Assembly: GCA_964580995.1 (NCBI GenBank)
Contig: CAZOMV010000007.1
Location: 11,096-75,095 of the forward strand
DNA from: an uncultured Pirellulales bacterium
GTDB lineage: Bacteria > Planctomycetota > Phycisphaerae > Sedimentisphaerales > SM23-30
Length of the DNA: 64,000 bases
Direction of reading: 5' to 3'
The notes beneath the pieces are model-generated. The model was not told the origin of the DNA and searched no databases. It worked only from the letters and a program-made list of their open reading frames with translations. How positions within the stretch are numbered: position 1 is the first letter of the stretch; every line of letters starts with the position of its first letter. The translations under genes and the position numbers were made by a program. This document shows, piece after piece, positions 52,881 to 62,494 of the stretch.

Positions 52881-54680
52881 TCATTGTTCCTTTGCACCAT
52901 TTTCCTGCAAAAGTTTAATTATTTCATTACTCTCGTTATATATTTTTGCTTTTTGTAAAGGAGTGAATCCATTGTTATCGCGTGCATTAAGATCGATATC
53001 CTTGCCCAAAGTAACAAGCAGCTTCACTAGTTCATAGGAATTCTCATTAGTATAGTTCAAAACCACATGAATCGGCGCGTCACCTTCACGGTCTTTTGCA
53101 TTTACATTGGCATTTTTAAGCAGAAGTATTTTGGTAATCTCTACATTTGCCATTTCAATCGCCAGATGCAAAGGGGTATCACCATTATAACCTTGGGCAT
53201 TAACATCCGCTCCTTTGTCGATAAGGAGCGTGGCTATGGCTGTTTGATTTTCCAATGCTTGCCCTTCTGTCAATTTCCCGCCGTATATAAATGGAAGTGG
53301 GTTTAATACCCACAATAAAGGAGTCTGGTTATTATAGTTATCTCTTGGATCTATGTCAGCTCCACTATTCAAAATAATCTCAACCAGTTCTGTCTTACCA
53401 GTTTGCACTGCATATAAGAGAGGAGTGTACCCGGACGTATCTGGTGCGTTGATATCAACTCCACGTTTAACAATATCCTTGACTTGATCAACATCCTTTT
53501 TAAGTAACGCGGTTTGTAAATCATCTGAGAAATTATATTTTGGGGTCGGTACAATACTTTTGGGCAATCCTGTTTTTCCCCAATCCTCCTTTACCAGCCA
53601 GCCCATACCGGCAGTTCCAACATATTTTTCCGGCCATTTACGATATTCTTTATTTTTCAAATCAAAAAGAACCATATTCCAGGGTGGTCCCGGGCGATAC
53701 GCCGGAGAATGGAAAAAAGAGAGAAAGGTTCTGTCATGGCTTACTACTAAAGGCACAATTTCGTTCTCCACGCTCGTAAATTCTTTTGTCTCACAATACA
53801 CTGCTTCCCGCTTGCTGCCGTCGGATTTACATCGCCATAATTGCGTGGTGCCTACCCGGAAATAAATGAAATCATCAGCCCCCCATACCGCCATGGATCC
53901 CTCCGTGATTTCCGTTATTTTTTCCGTGTTGAGATCCACCTTAACGATTTTTTCATTTTGCCGACTGCAATCCTGAGACAGCAATAAACCACGGTTTTTA
54001 TCATAATCTGCAAAAAAATAACTTCCCCAGGATTTAACCTCTGTTTTTTGGGTATTGAAATCAAAAACCTGGATTAGGGAACCAGGTATATAAACTTTTC
54101 GATTCTCAGCATCAACGGCCCAATATTCACCCAGTATGGCAGAACTGATGCTTCTTGTTTCTGGAGGAAGTTCGGGTTTCCACTCCATAATAAAAGTTTC
54201 CAACCCCAAGGTCCCATCCGTTTTTGGATTTCTTTTCAGTACGGTAAACCACACAAGAGTATTTGATGCAAAAGCATGTCCGGAAAAGTACGCTTCCTCT
54301 TTTGGAAACCCAAATTCTTCGGCAGCTATCTGTCGCAAACAATGGGCTTCACCGTCAAATTCCAGAATTTTATCCCTGGCACACATATAAAAACCAGATC
54401 CATCCGGACGAACGGCAAATTCCACACCAAATATAGGTGTCTGATTTCCAAAAAAATTATCACCATATCGAAAAGCTTGATCCAGAGAAGGGTACATATA
54501 TTTTATTTCTGGATCATAGGTCAGAAATAGCGAGTGCCTGCGGAATAGCGATACTTCTTTAAATAGGGAGCTGGAAATATCCTTTGCTGCTGTTGTTGGC
54601 GCAACCTCCCCATTCATCGAACCAATAACTACTGCGAATAAACAAACCATGCCGATCGCCGTTATGAACAAGTTTTTCAT
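52881..54680 (-). CDS. Secreted protein with C-terminal ankyrin repeats (N-terminal beta-propeller-like region)
   Basis: RBS GAGGTGA precedes ATG 54680, followed by a signal peptide. At least four ANK-like units are present (GYTPLLYAVQTGKTELVEIILNSGADID; GDTPLHLAIEMANVEITKILLLKNANVNAKD; GDAPIHVVL...; GFTPLQKA...). GC content is lower than the flanks. Confidence 0.85.
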   Translation of the reverse strand: MKNLFITAIGMVCLFAVVIGSMNGEVAPTTAAKDISSSLFKEVSLFRRHSLFLTYDPEIKYMYPSLDQAFRYGDNFFGNQTPIFGVEFAVRPDGSGFYMCARDKILEFDGEAHCLRQIAAEEFGFPKEEAYFSGHAFASNTLVWFTVLKRNPKTDGTLGLETFIMEWKPELPPETRSISSAILGEYWAVDAENRKVYIPGSLIQVFDFNTQKTEVKSWGSYFFADYDKNRGLLLSQDCSRQNEKIVKVDLNTEKITEITEGSMAVWGADDFIYFRVGTTQLWRCKSDGSKREAVYCETKEFTSVENEIVPLVVSHDRTFLSFFHSPAYRPGPPWNMVLFDLKNKEYRKWPEKYVGTAGMGWLVKEDWGKTGLPKSIVPTPKYNFSDDLQTALLKKDVDQVKDIVKRGVDINAPDTSGYTPLLYAVQTGKTELVEIILNSGADIDPRDNYNNQTPLLWVLNPLPFIYGGKLTEGQALENQTAIATLLIDKGADVNAQGYNGDTPLHLAIEMANVEITKILLLKNANVNAKDREGDAPIHVVLNYTNENSYELVKLLVTLGKDIDLNARDNNGFTPLQKAKIYNESNEIIKLLQENGAKEQ

Positions 54681-54920
54681 TATCTCACCTCTTAACCCGT
54701 TATGTGCCTCTTATCGCACAAGCTTTTCCCATTTATTTATACCATGTCTGCGTATTGCGAATTGCGTAACCACCGTCATTAAACAAGTACCATATAACAC
54801 ACCTGATCCTTACCTGCCGCCCCCATTCTACCTTCCCCCCTCAAACCCCGCCAGCCAATTCCCCACCCAACTTCTTACCCAGCCTCCTCATCCGTACCGC
54901 ATCCCTTCCATCCCTTATTT

Positions 54921-55054
54921 TTCTGCCTGCTTATGAATCGCCGTTACTTACAAATTCCTTTTTCATGAAATGTTACAGTTTGTTTTGAACATTCATTTTC
55001 TAGTGCTTTGTATTTGTTTAGAATTTAGAAATTAGTGCTTAGAATTTGTTTGCA
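54921..55054. repeat. ~134-nt direct repeat unit X1 in long non-coding region
   Basis: Shares blocks with 55159-55292: ttctgc.tgcttatgaat, atgtt.cagtttgtttt.aa, atttgtttagaatttaga and ttagaattt. Confidence 0.65.
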
Positions 55055-55158
55055 CCCAACCGCCCCGACTCCACTTCCCCTCCCAAATACAACCAAAACC
55101 CTAACTCCTTATCTAACAATAATTTAATCCGTACTACAATCCTTCATCTTCTTGTTTT

Positions 55159-55292
55159 TTCTGCTTGCTTATGAATGGATGTTACTGATAAACTCCTTGT
55201 TCGCAAGATGTTGCAGTTTGTTTTAAAAATTCAATATTTGCCGATTTTGAATTTGTTTAGAATTTAGAGTTTAGAATTTAGGATTTGGTTGC
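55159..55292. repeat. ~134-nt direct repeat unit X2
   Basis: See X1. The two copies are 238 nt apart start to start. X2 is followed by a GC hairpin, gcggcccagggccgc. Confidence 0.65.
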
Positions 55293-56031
55293 GGCCCAGG
55301 GCCGCGCCAAGCCATCCGTGTAATCCATGGTTGGTTTCTTTCCATTATCCCGCTCCCTCAATTATACCCCATATTTCTTAAATGTCAAATATAATTTTTA
55401 TTTTGTTTATATAATAACATAATTTTTTCTTCTTCCTCTTATTACTCGTAATTTGTAATTCGTAATTTCCCCCATTCCGCCCCCGTACCGCTGGCTTCAA
55501 GTCGGCCTCTTCTCTTCCCCCCTTGGCGCCTTTGCGTCTTGGCGGGACACCTTCGGACTCTCTCCCTTTCTCGCCCACCCCGCAGCGCCCAGCGGAAGCG
55601 TCATATTGCCTTCCATCCCGCGTCGTATTCGCCGTAGGCCGTGCCTACCCCCTTCCCTGCCTTCGTTATCTTTTGTTCAAATTTCCCCTCTTCACTGATA
55701 ACTAATAACCAATAACTGATAACTATTTTTTGCCACGTGTAAATACCATTCACTTTTACCTATGCTTTACTCAGGTTCTCACCTGTCTTACCCATGTTTT
55801 ATATCATTTTCTTCATCTTTTATTATACTTTCTTCAACATTTACCAACTCAACTTAACCGTTACAAATTACCAAATTTCTTACCCATCTTACCAAAAATC
55901 TTACCCAACCGTTACAATCGTTATAATCGCTACTTTATTATCGGGCTATCGATTTCCAAGTAAAATAAAGACTTACAGCCATTTTTTCGTGTCCCTTTGA
56001 TTTTACCCCATTACCCTGCTTTTCTGCTCTC

Positions 56032-56059
56032 TTGCAATCTCGACCAAATACGATACAAT
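56032..56059 (+). promoter_or_regulatory. Candidate promoter (TTGCAA-16-TACAAT) of the LPS-kinase/heptosyltransferase operon
   Basis: TTGCAA at 56032-56037 and TACAAT at 56054-56059, 45 nt upstream of ATG 56105. Consensus match only. Confidence 0.3.
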
Positions 56060-56104
56060 ACACTCCCAGTATAATTTTTAAGGCCTTTTTGTGAAAGTAT
56101 TTAT

Positions 56105-57904
56105 ATGAACTTCGGTCTGCGCCGCGATAAAAAGGACTCCCGCCTGCTCCCCCACAGCTCCACCATGCACACCTTCCTCGACGGCCTGCACTGGACCTGC
56201 CTCAGCGGCTACCACACCCGCCTCTTTTTCGACCAAACCATTAAATGGCAAGACCTTACAAACCATCCCCACGCCCGCCTCATCAAAGAAAACCCGCTCC
56301 GCCGCATCTTTCAGATAACCATCGACCAGCTCGAACTTTACGTCAAAATATACCAGCCCCAAAATATCCGCGACCGCCTCAAATGGTCTTTCCGCCCCTG
56401 GCCCAGCCAGACCGAATTCTACAACCTCCAACTCGCCCAGGCCCGCTCCCTTTCCGTATCTAAGCCTATTGCATGGGCTTACGGCTATTACCACTACCAA
56501 CCCATCGCCATCCTCATCACTGAATCCATCGGCCCCAGCTCCTCCCTCGAAAATATGCTATGGGACGATCAACTCCCCGCCGATCAACTGGACTATGCCC
56601 TCTCCGCAGCCGCAAGTATTGTCGCCAAAATGCATTGCGCCGGGATCCTCAACCACGACCTGCACGCCGGCAATATCCTTCTGGCCCCCGACCACTCCAG
56701 CGCCGCCGCTAAATTCCGTCCCTATATGATGGACCTCCAAAAAATCGCCACCGAACAGCGCTCCGGCCACGCCTCCGCCGACCCCTGGCTTGCCGCCCGC
56801 CAAAAAAATCTCGCCAAACTATTTGCCGGTCTGCGTTTGCGCACCACCCCCCCGCAGCAGGAAATGTTCATTCGCGCCTACCTCCGTGCCATCCAGCCCC
56901 ATCGCAACTGGACCGAATACGAAATCAAAAAATACCTGGCCCAGGCCCACACCCTAGCCGACCGGCACCTCCAATATATCTGGGCCAAGCATGACCGCCG
57001 GTCTCTGCGCAACTCCCGCTATGCCTGCAAGATACAACTTTCCCGCAGCCAGTTTGCCCATATCTTCCTCCAGCACAAACATCCACCGGCCTGGTCCGCC
57101 GCCGCCCAGCACCGCTTCACACCCCAGCAATGGTCCGCCGCCCTAGCCGATACCGACTCCCTCCTTCAGCCCGGCGAATTCCTCAAACAAGGCCATCGCA
57201 ATACCGTTATGGCCAAAGAACTTACCGTCGGCCCCCATAAACTGGCCGTCGTCATCAAACACTCCCGCCTATCCCAAGGCTTCCGCGGTTTCATCCAGTC
57301 GCTTTACCGGTCCCGCGCCACCCGCCAATGGTTCCGGGCTTATATGCTCATCTCCCGCGACATCCCCACCGCCTGGCCCCTGGCTGCCATCGACCGGGAA
57401 CATCACCTCCTCCTCAAAGACAGCATCCTCATCTGCGAAAAAATCCCCAATAGCTGCAACCTCAGACAATTCATCCTCGACGGCAATCTCGATAAACTCT
57501 TATACCGCAAACGGATAGAGTTGGCTGAACAAACCGGCTCCTTACTCGCCCAACTCCAGCGCCAAGGCCTGCGCCACCGCGATTGCAAGGCCACCAATAT
57601 CCTGGTTCTGCTCCAACCCGACCAACCCAACCAATCCCCCTCTTTCCGGCTGTTCCTGGTAGATCTGGATGGCCTGCGCGCCAAGCTGCCCTTTGAAATC
57701 TGGCCCAGCCATGAAGCCCTCATCCGGCTGGCCGCCTCTACCCTTTCCCTGCCGGGCTTGACGATTCGAGATATGATTCGGGTATTTCATAAATATCTGA
57801 AAATAACAGGCTTACCAGAATATAATAACCGCCTGTCCCGCCGCCGCCTCTGGAAACAATTATCCCTAAGCGCCATGCAAAAGGCCAAAAACCAAAAACC
57901 ATAA
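56105..57904 (+). CDS. Protein with two lipopolysaccharide-kinase (Kdo/WaaP/InaA, RIO-like) domains
   Basis: There are two kinase catalytic-loop motifs, NHDLHAGNILL (~56650-56680) and HRDCKATNILV (~57570-57605). Each follows a beta-rich N-lobe-like segment. Confidence 0.75.
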   Translation: MNFGLRRDKKDSRLLPHSSTMHTFLDGLHWTCLSGYHTRLFFDQTIKWQDLTNHPHARLIKENPLRRIFQITIDQLELYVKIYQPQNIRDRLKWSFRPWPSQTEFYNLQLAQARSLSVSKPIAWAYGYYHYQPIAILITESIGPSSSLENMLWDDQLPADQLDYALSAAASIVAKMHCAGILNHDLHAGNILLAPDHSSAAAKFRPYMMDLQKIATEQRSGHASADPWLAARQKNLAKLFAGLRLRTTPPQQEMFIRAYLRAIQPHRNWTEYEIKKYLAQAHTLADRHLQYIWAKHDRRSLRNSRYACKIQLSRSQFAHIFLQHKHPPAWSAAAQHRFTPQQWSAALADTDSLLQPGEFLKQGHRNTVMAKELTVGPHKLAVVIKHSRLSQGFRGFIQSLYRSRATRQWFRAYMLISRDIPTAWPLAAIDREHHLLLKDSILICEKIPNSCNLRQFILDGNLDKLLYRKRIELAEQTGSLLAQLQRQGLRHRDCKATNILVLLQPDQPNQSPSFRLFLVDLDGLRAKLPFEIWPSHEALIRLAASTLSLPGLTIRDMIRVFHKYLKITGLPEYNNRLSRRRLWKQLSLSAMQKAKNQKP

Positions 57905-57915
57905 GAGGTTTTTTC

Positions 57916-58989
57916 GTGCCTGAGTCCTTAAAAGACAGAAACTTCTCCAATATTCTCATCATCAAACCCAGCAGTCTGGGCGACGTCGTCCGCTGCCTCC
58001 CGATCCTGGCCGCCCTGCGTCAGCGTTACCCCCAAGCCCATATAAGCTGGCTGGTCCGGCCCGACTGCGCCGCCATCCTGACCCACATCCCCGAACTGGA
58101 CGAAATCATCGAATTCGACCGCAAAAAATTCGGAAAAATGGCCGCCAGTTTCTCAGCCCTCCGCGATTTCATCACCTTTTTACGGCACTTACGCCGAAAA
58201 AAATTCGATCTCATTCTCGATCTCCAGGGCCTCTTTCGCAGCGGTTTCCTCGCCTTTGCATCTGGCGCCCCAATCCGGATCGGTTTCGCCCACGCCCGCG
58301 AATTGGCCCCCTTGTTCTATACCCACCGGATTAAAATACCTCAAGAGCGGGAACACGTGGTCATAAGCAACTGGCGTTTCATGGATTATCTCGGCCTCGG
58401 CCAGCTCGAAAATCGCTACCCGTTGCCCGTCGATCCCGCCGCCGCCCAATCCGCTCAACTTATCTTCCGGGAAAACGGTCTGCCCCCTGACCACCCCTAT
58501 ATCGTTATGCTCATCGGCGGTACCGAACCGCGGAAACGCTGGCCCGCAAAATCTTTCGCCGACCTTGCCCAATCGATCCAAATAAAGTATGATATCCCCT
58601 CGATTCTGCTTGGGGCAGGATCCGAGGAACTGGCCATTGCCAACCAAATTATTGATTTGTCGAAAGTTAAGATCCTTAATCTGGTCAGCCGGACCAGCTT
58701 GCAGCAGTTGATCGCCATCGTGAAAAAGGCCCGGCTGGTGGTGGGCAACGATTCCGGCCCTTTGCATGTGGCCGCCGCCGCCGAAGTTCCGGTGATCGGC
58801 TTATACGGCCCGACCAACCCCGCTGTAGTCGGACCTTATGGCCATCTGTCTGATGTGATCCAGGCAGGCGATTCTCATCCCGGAACGGTCCGTTACAGCT
58901 ATGAGCCGCAGCACCGGATCGAAAACATTACCGTCCAGCAGGTGCTGGACAAAATCACGCAAAAACTGAAAGCCATTACTGAAAAATAA
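57916..58989 (+). CDS. Family-9 glycosyltransferase (ADP-heptose:LPS heptosyltransferase-like)
   Basis: Sequence ILIIKPSSLGDVVRCLPILAALRQRYPQAHISWLV...GNDSGPLHVAAA. Start is GTG. Confidence 0.88.
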   Translation: MPESLKDRNFSNILIIKPSSLGDVVRCLPILAALRQRYPQAHISWLVRPDCAAILTHIPELDEIIEFDRKKFGKMAASFSALRDFITFLRHLRRKKFDLILDLQGLFRSGFLAFASGAPIRIGFAHARELAPLFYTHRIKIPQEREHVVISNWRFMDYLGLGQLENRYPLPVDPAAAQSAQLIFRENGLPPDHPYIVMLIGGTEPRKRWPAKSFADLAQSIQIKYDIPSILLGAGSEELAIANQIIDLSKVKILNLVSRTSLQQLIAIVKKARLVVGNDSGPLHVAAAAEVPVIGLYGPTNPAVVGPYGHLSDVIQAGDSHPGTVRYSYEPQHRIENITVQQVLDKITQKLKAITEK

Positions 58990-58991
58990 CA

Positions 58992-59579
58992 GTGTTTTCC
59001 ATAAAAAACATCATAAAAAAGACCGAAAACTTTATTGTTTATCGAGTTCTTCACATCGATGATACCCCTCATCGCATTGCGCTGGGCATCGGCCTGGGTT
59101 TTTTCGTCGCCTGGACCCCGACCATCGGTTTTCAGATGGCGATTGTGCTGCTATTGGCGACCATTTTTAAGGCCAACCGGATTGTAGGGCTGCCGATTAT
59201 CTGGCTCTCGAATCCCTTAACCATCGCGCCGGTTTATTTTCCCAACTACTGGATCGGCCACAAACTGCTTTCCCTCTTCGGGCAGCGCCCGGAAATGACC
59301 TATGCCCAACTGAAAGAAATTTTCTCCACTCTGCACGGCCCGGGGTATATTGTCCACCATTTTTGGGAGGCGGAAACCTGGCGAAATCTCTGGCAAATCA
59401 TACTGGAATTTCTCAATATCAGTCTGGACCTTTGGGTGGGCAGTATCCTGGTCGGCGGTTTTCTGGGGGTACTATTCTATACTATTACCTATAAACTCAT
59501 TGTCTGGTATCGAACCCACCATCCGCGCGGACGGCGGTTCATGCTGAAATTGCAGCGAAAGAAACAAACACAGGAATGA
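58992..59579 (+). CDS. DUF2062-like membrane protein
   Basis: Sequence TPHRIALGIGLGFFVAWTPTIGFQMAIVLLLATIF...LSNPLTIAPVYF. Start is GTG, 2 nt after the upstream stop. Confidence 0.7.
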   Translation: MFSIKNIIKKTENFIVYRVLHIDDTPHRIALGIGLGFFVAWTPTIGFQMAIVLLLATIFKANRIVGLPIIWLSNPLTIAPVYFPNYWIGHKLLSLFGQRPEMTYAQLKEIFSTLHGPGYIVHHFWEAETWRNLWQIILEFLNISLDLWVGSILVGGFLGVLFYTITYKLIVWYRTHHPRGRRFMLKLQRKKQTQE

Positions 59580-61030
59580 ACCCTCCCGAAAATATTCAAC
59601 CCGATAAAAATGCCAAACCGGTGGCCTCCCTGGACTACCATCATCCCCTGGAAAAATGGCTTCGCCATGACTGGCTGCGCTGGATCCTGCGAAAACTGAC
59701 CGCCGATCGGCCCGGTTCCGCCCAGCCGCATCTGGAACGGGCCTTGCGAACCTATGCCGATCCCCAGGCCCCGCTGTCCGAAAAAATGCTGTACTGGCCC
59801 ATCCATATGGCATTGGACCGGATGCGCGGTTCGCTTACCCCCCAGCAGCTCCGGGGCAAGCTGGCCGGCCACCCCCCGACCTTGCGCGGGATCATCGCCA
59901 CTACCCGCAGCGTCGCCCATTTCGGCCTGACCACCCCCCAGCGATGGCTCCATCCGCTCTTTGTGGTCTGGAATTTTACCAATCGCTGCAACCTGCGCTG
60001 CAATCATTGTTATCAAAATTCCACCAACCAGGCGGCCGACGGCGAGTTGACCCTGGAACAAAAACTGCAACTGGTCGATCAATTCGGCAAACATTACATC
60101 CCAATGGTCGCTCTGGCCGGCGGGGAACCGACCCTGAGCAGCGACCTGGAACCGGTCCTGGCCCGCTGCCGGGAATACGGCATTCACACCACCATCGCCA
60201 CGCATGGCGGACTCCTCACACCCGAACGCTGCCGCCGGCTGGCCGATCAGGGTCTGCGGTATGTCGAAGTCTCGCTGGACTCGATTCATCCCGAGGTCCA
60301 CGACCGCTTCCGCGGGGTACCGGGCATGTGGCAGCAATCGATTGAAGGAATTAAAAATGTAATCGCCACCGACGGCCTGCGGGCCGGCATTGCCATGTGC
60401 GTCCATCAGGACAACTTTAACGAAGTGGAACCGATGATCGAACTGGCCGTCAAGCTGGGGGTAAGCTGTTTCGCCCATTTCAATTTCATCCCTGTCGGCC
60501 GGGGCAAGGAGATGGCCGCCAAAGACCTCACGCCCCATCAGCGGGAAGAACTTCTCCATCTCCTCCACCACTGGATGCAGAAAAAAACCATCGGCATCAT
60601 CAGCACCGCCCCCCAGTTCGGCCGGATTTCCCTGGCCAATGCTGACGAAGAGGGGATTATCTCATGCAGTCATGCCGGCAATGGTCCGGGCACCAAGGCC
60701 CGGGTGGTCGCCAAATACCTGGGCGGCTGCGGCGCCGGCCGCACCTATGCCTGTCTCCAGCCCAACGGCGATGTCACCCCTTGTGTCTATATGCCCAACC
60801 GGATCATGGGGAACGTCAAAGAAAAATCCTTCAGCGAAATTTTCCAGCAAAGCCCCTGGTGGGATCTGTTCTGCAACCGCCAGGAACGCGAAGGCAGTTG
60901 CGCCACCTGTGACTACCGCAACTTCTGCGGCGGCTGCCGCGCCCGCGCCGACGCCTATTTCGGCCGCATCGACGAAGCCGACCCCGGCTGCCTGGCCAAT
61001 CTGGAAGACTGGAAACGTATCACCGGCTAA
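59576..61030 (+). CDS. Radical SAM / SPASM-domain enzyme with ~130-aa N-terminal extension
   Basis: The CxxxCxxC motif sits in FTNRCNLRCNHCYQ. The SPASM Cys cluster is GGCGAGRTYACLQPNGDVTPCVY...CATCDYRNFCGGCRARA. An ATGA overlap joins it to the upstream gene. Confidence 0.85.
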   Translation: MNPPENIQPDKNAKPVASLDYHHPLEKWLRHDWLRWILRKLTADRPGSAQPHLERALRTYADPQAPLSEKMLYWPIHMALDRMRGSLTPQQLRGKLAGHPPTLRGIIATTRSVAHFGLTTPQRWLHPLFVVWNFTNRCNLRCNHCYQNSTNQAADGELTLEQKLQLVDQFGKHYIPMVALAGGEPTLSSDLEPVLARCREYGIHTTIATHGGLLTPERCRRLADQGLRYVEVSLDSIHPEVHDRFRGVPGMWQQSIEGIKNVIATDGLRAGIAMCVHQDNFNEVEPMIELAVKLGVSCFAHFNFIPVGRGKEMAAKDLTPHQREELLHLLHHWMQKKTIGIISTAPQFGRISLANADEEGIISCSHAGNGPGTKARVVAKYLGGCGAGRTYACLQPNGDVTPCVYMPNRIMGNVKEKSFSEIFQQSPWWDLFCNRQEREGSCATCDYRNFCGGCRARADAYFGRIDEADPGCLANLEDWKRITG

Positions 61031-61051
61031 GGCCTCAAAATTACGATGCCG

Positions 61052-62494
61052 CTATAAACTGGCAATATTCGGATTGCGTGCCGCCGCCGTCTCATCCAGA
61101 CGGCCTACCGGGGTGGTTACCGGGGCAGTCTTGAGTTTTTCTGGGTCGGTTTGAGCCAATTCGGCAATCTCGATCATCGCCGCGACAAATGTATCGATGG
61201 TTTCCTTGCTCTCCGTTTCCGTCGGTTCGATCATCAGGGCTTCCTTGACAATCAGCGGGAAATATATCGTCGGCGGATGATAACCCATATCGATCAAGCC
61301 CTTGGCGATATCGAGGGCGTGAATCCCGTGCTCCAACTGCTTCTCCGCGCTGAATACGCATTCATGCTTGCAGAGTCCCGGATAGGGCAGCTCGTAATGG
61401 CCTTCCAGCTTCTTGCGGATGTAATTGGCGTTGAGCACCGCATTCTCCGCCACCCGCTCCAGCCCTTCCCGCCCCAGCATCAGAATATACACATATGCCC
61501 GCAGAATGATCGCAAAGTTACCGTAGAAGGGGGCGATGTAGCCGATGGATTTCGGGCGGGCATATTCCAAGGCAAAGGTCCCGTCCTCCCGCTTGACCAC
61601 CAGCGAGACGGGCAGATAGTCCAGCAGCTTTTTCACCACACCTACCGGCCCGGCGCCCGGACCGCCGCCGCCGTGCGGCGTGGCGAAGGCCTTGTGCAGG
61701 TTCAAATGCACCAGATCAAAGCCCAGGTCACCCGGCCGTACCTTGCCGACGATGGCGTTGAGGTTGGCCCCGTCATAATACACCAGCCCGTCCACCCCAT
61801 GAATGATTTCGCAAATCTCCTGGATGCTCGCATTAAACAGCCCCAGCGTATTCGGGCTGGTTAGCATCAGGCCCGCCACCTGGTCATCCACCATACTGCG
61901 CAGCGCCTCAATATCCATCCGCCCGTTCTTGCTGGGAACCGTTTCCACTGTATAACCGGCTATCGCCGCACTGGCCGGATTGGTCCCGTGGGCGCTGTCG
62001 GGAATCAGGACTTTGGTTTTGCGGTTGCCTTTATCCCGGTGATAGGCGGCCATAATCATAATCCCGGTCAGCTCCCCATGCGCCCCAGCCATCGGCTGCA
62101 TCGTAAAACCGGCCATTCCGGTGATCTCCCGCAGGAAAATATCCATCTCGTACAGCACCTGCAGCGCCCCCTGCGTCAGCATCCCGCCCCGCCGCAACTG
62201 CGGCAGCAGCGGATGCAAATGGGCAAAACCCGGATAGGCCGCAATGCGTTCCGTCACCTTGGGATTGTATTTCATCGTGCAGGAGCCTAGCGGATAAAAA
62301 TTCGTATCCACCCCGAAGTTCCGCCGCGACAATTCCGTAAAATGACGCACCACATCCAGCTCGCTCAATTCCGGCAGCCGGGCGTCGCTGTCACGCAGCA
62401 GCCGCTTGTTGATATTCACCGTAGCCGGTACATCCCGCCGACTGCACCGGATCCCCCGCCGCCCCGCCACACTTTTTTCAAATATCAGTTTCAT
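61052..62494 (-). CDS. gcvPB: Glycine dehydrogenase (aminomethyl-transferring) subunit 2
   Basis: Begins MKLIFEKSVAGRRG... Blocks LGSCTMKYNP and HLNLHKAFATPHGGGGPG (PLP lysine context). ATG 62494 overlaps the gcvPA stop as ATGA. The ORF-track extension to 62695 is rejected. Confidence 0.95.
   Translation of the reverse strand: MKLIFEKSVAGRRGIRCSRRDVPATVNINKRLLRDSDARLPELSELDVVRHFTELSRRNFGVDTNFYPLGSCTMKYNPKVTERIAAYPGFAHLHPLLPQLRRGGMLTQGALQVLYEMDIFLREITGMAGFTMQPMAGAHGELTGIMIMAAYHRDKGNRKTKVLIPDSAHGTNPASAAIAGYTVETVPSKNGRMDIEALRSMVDDQVAGLMLTSPNTLGLFNASIQEICEIIHGVDGLVYYDGANLNAIVGKVRPGDLGFDLVHLNLHKAFATPHGGGGPGAGPVGVVKKLLDYLPVSLVVKREDGTFALEYARPKSIGYIAPFYGNFAIILRAYVYILMLGREGLERVAENAVLNANYIRKKLEGHYELPYPGLCKHECVFSAEKQLEHGIHALDIAKGLIDMGYHPPTIYFPLIVKEALMIEPTETESKETIDTFVAAMIEIAELAQTDPEKLKTAPVTTPVGRLDETAAARNPNIASL

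Noticed and set aside
59489-60571. 360-aa minus-strand ORF
   Set aside because: It is antisense to the DUF2062-like and radical SAM genes, and no motifs are present.
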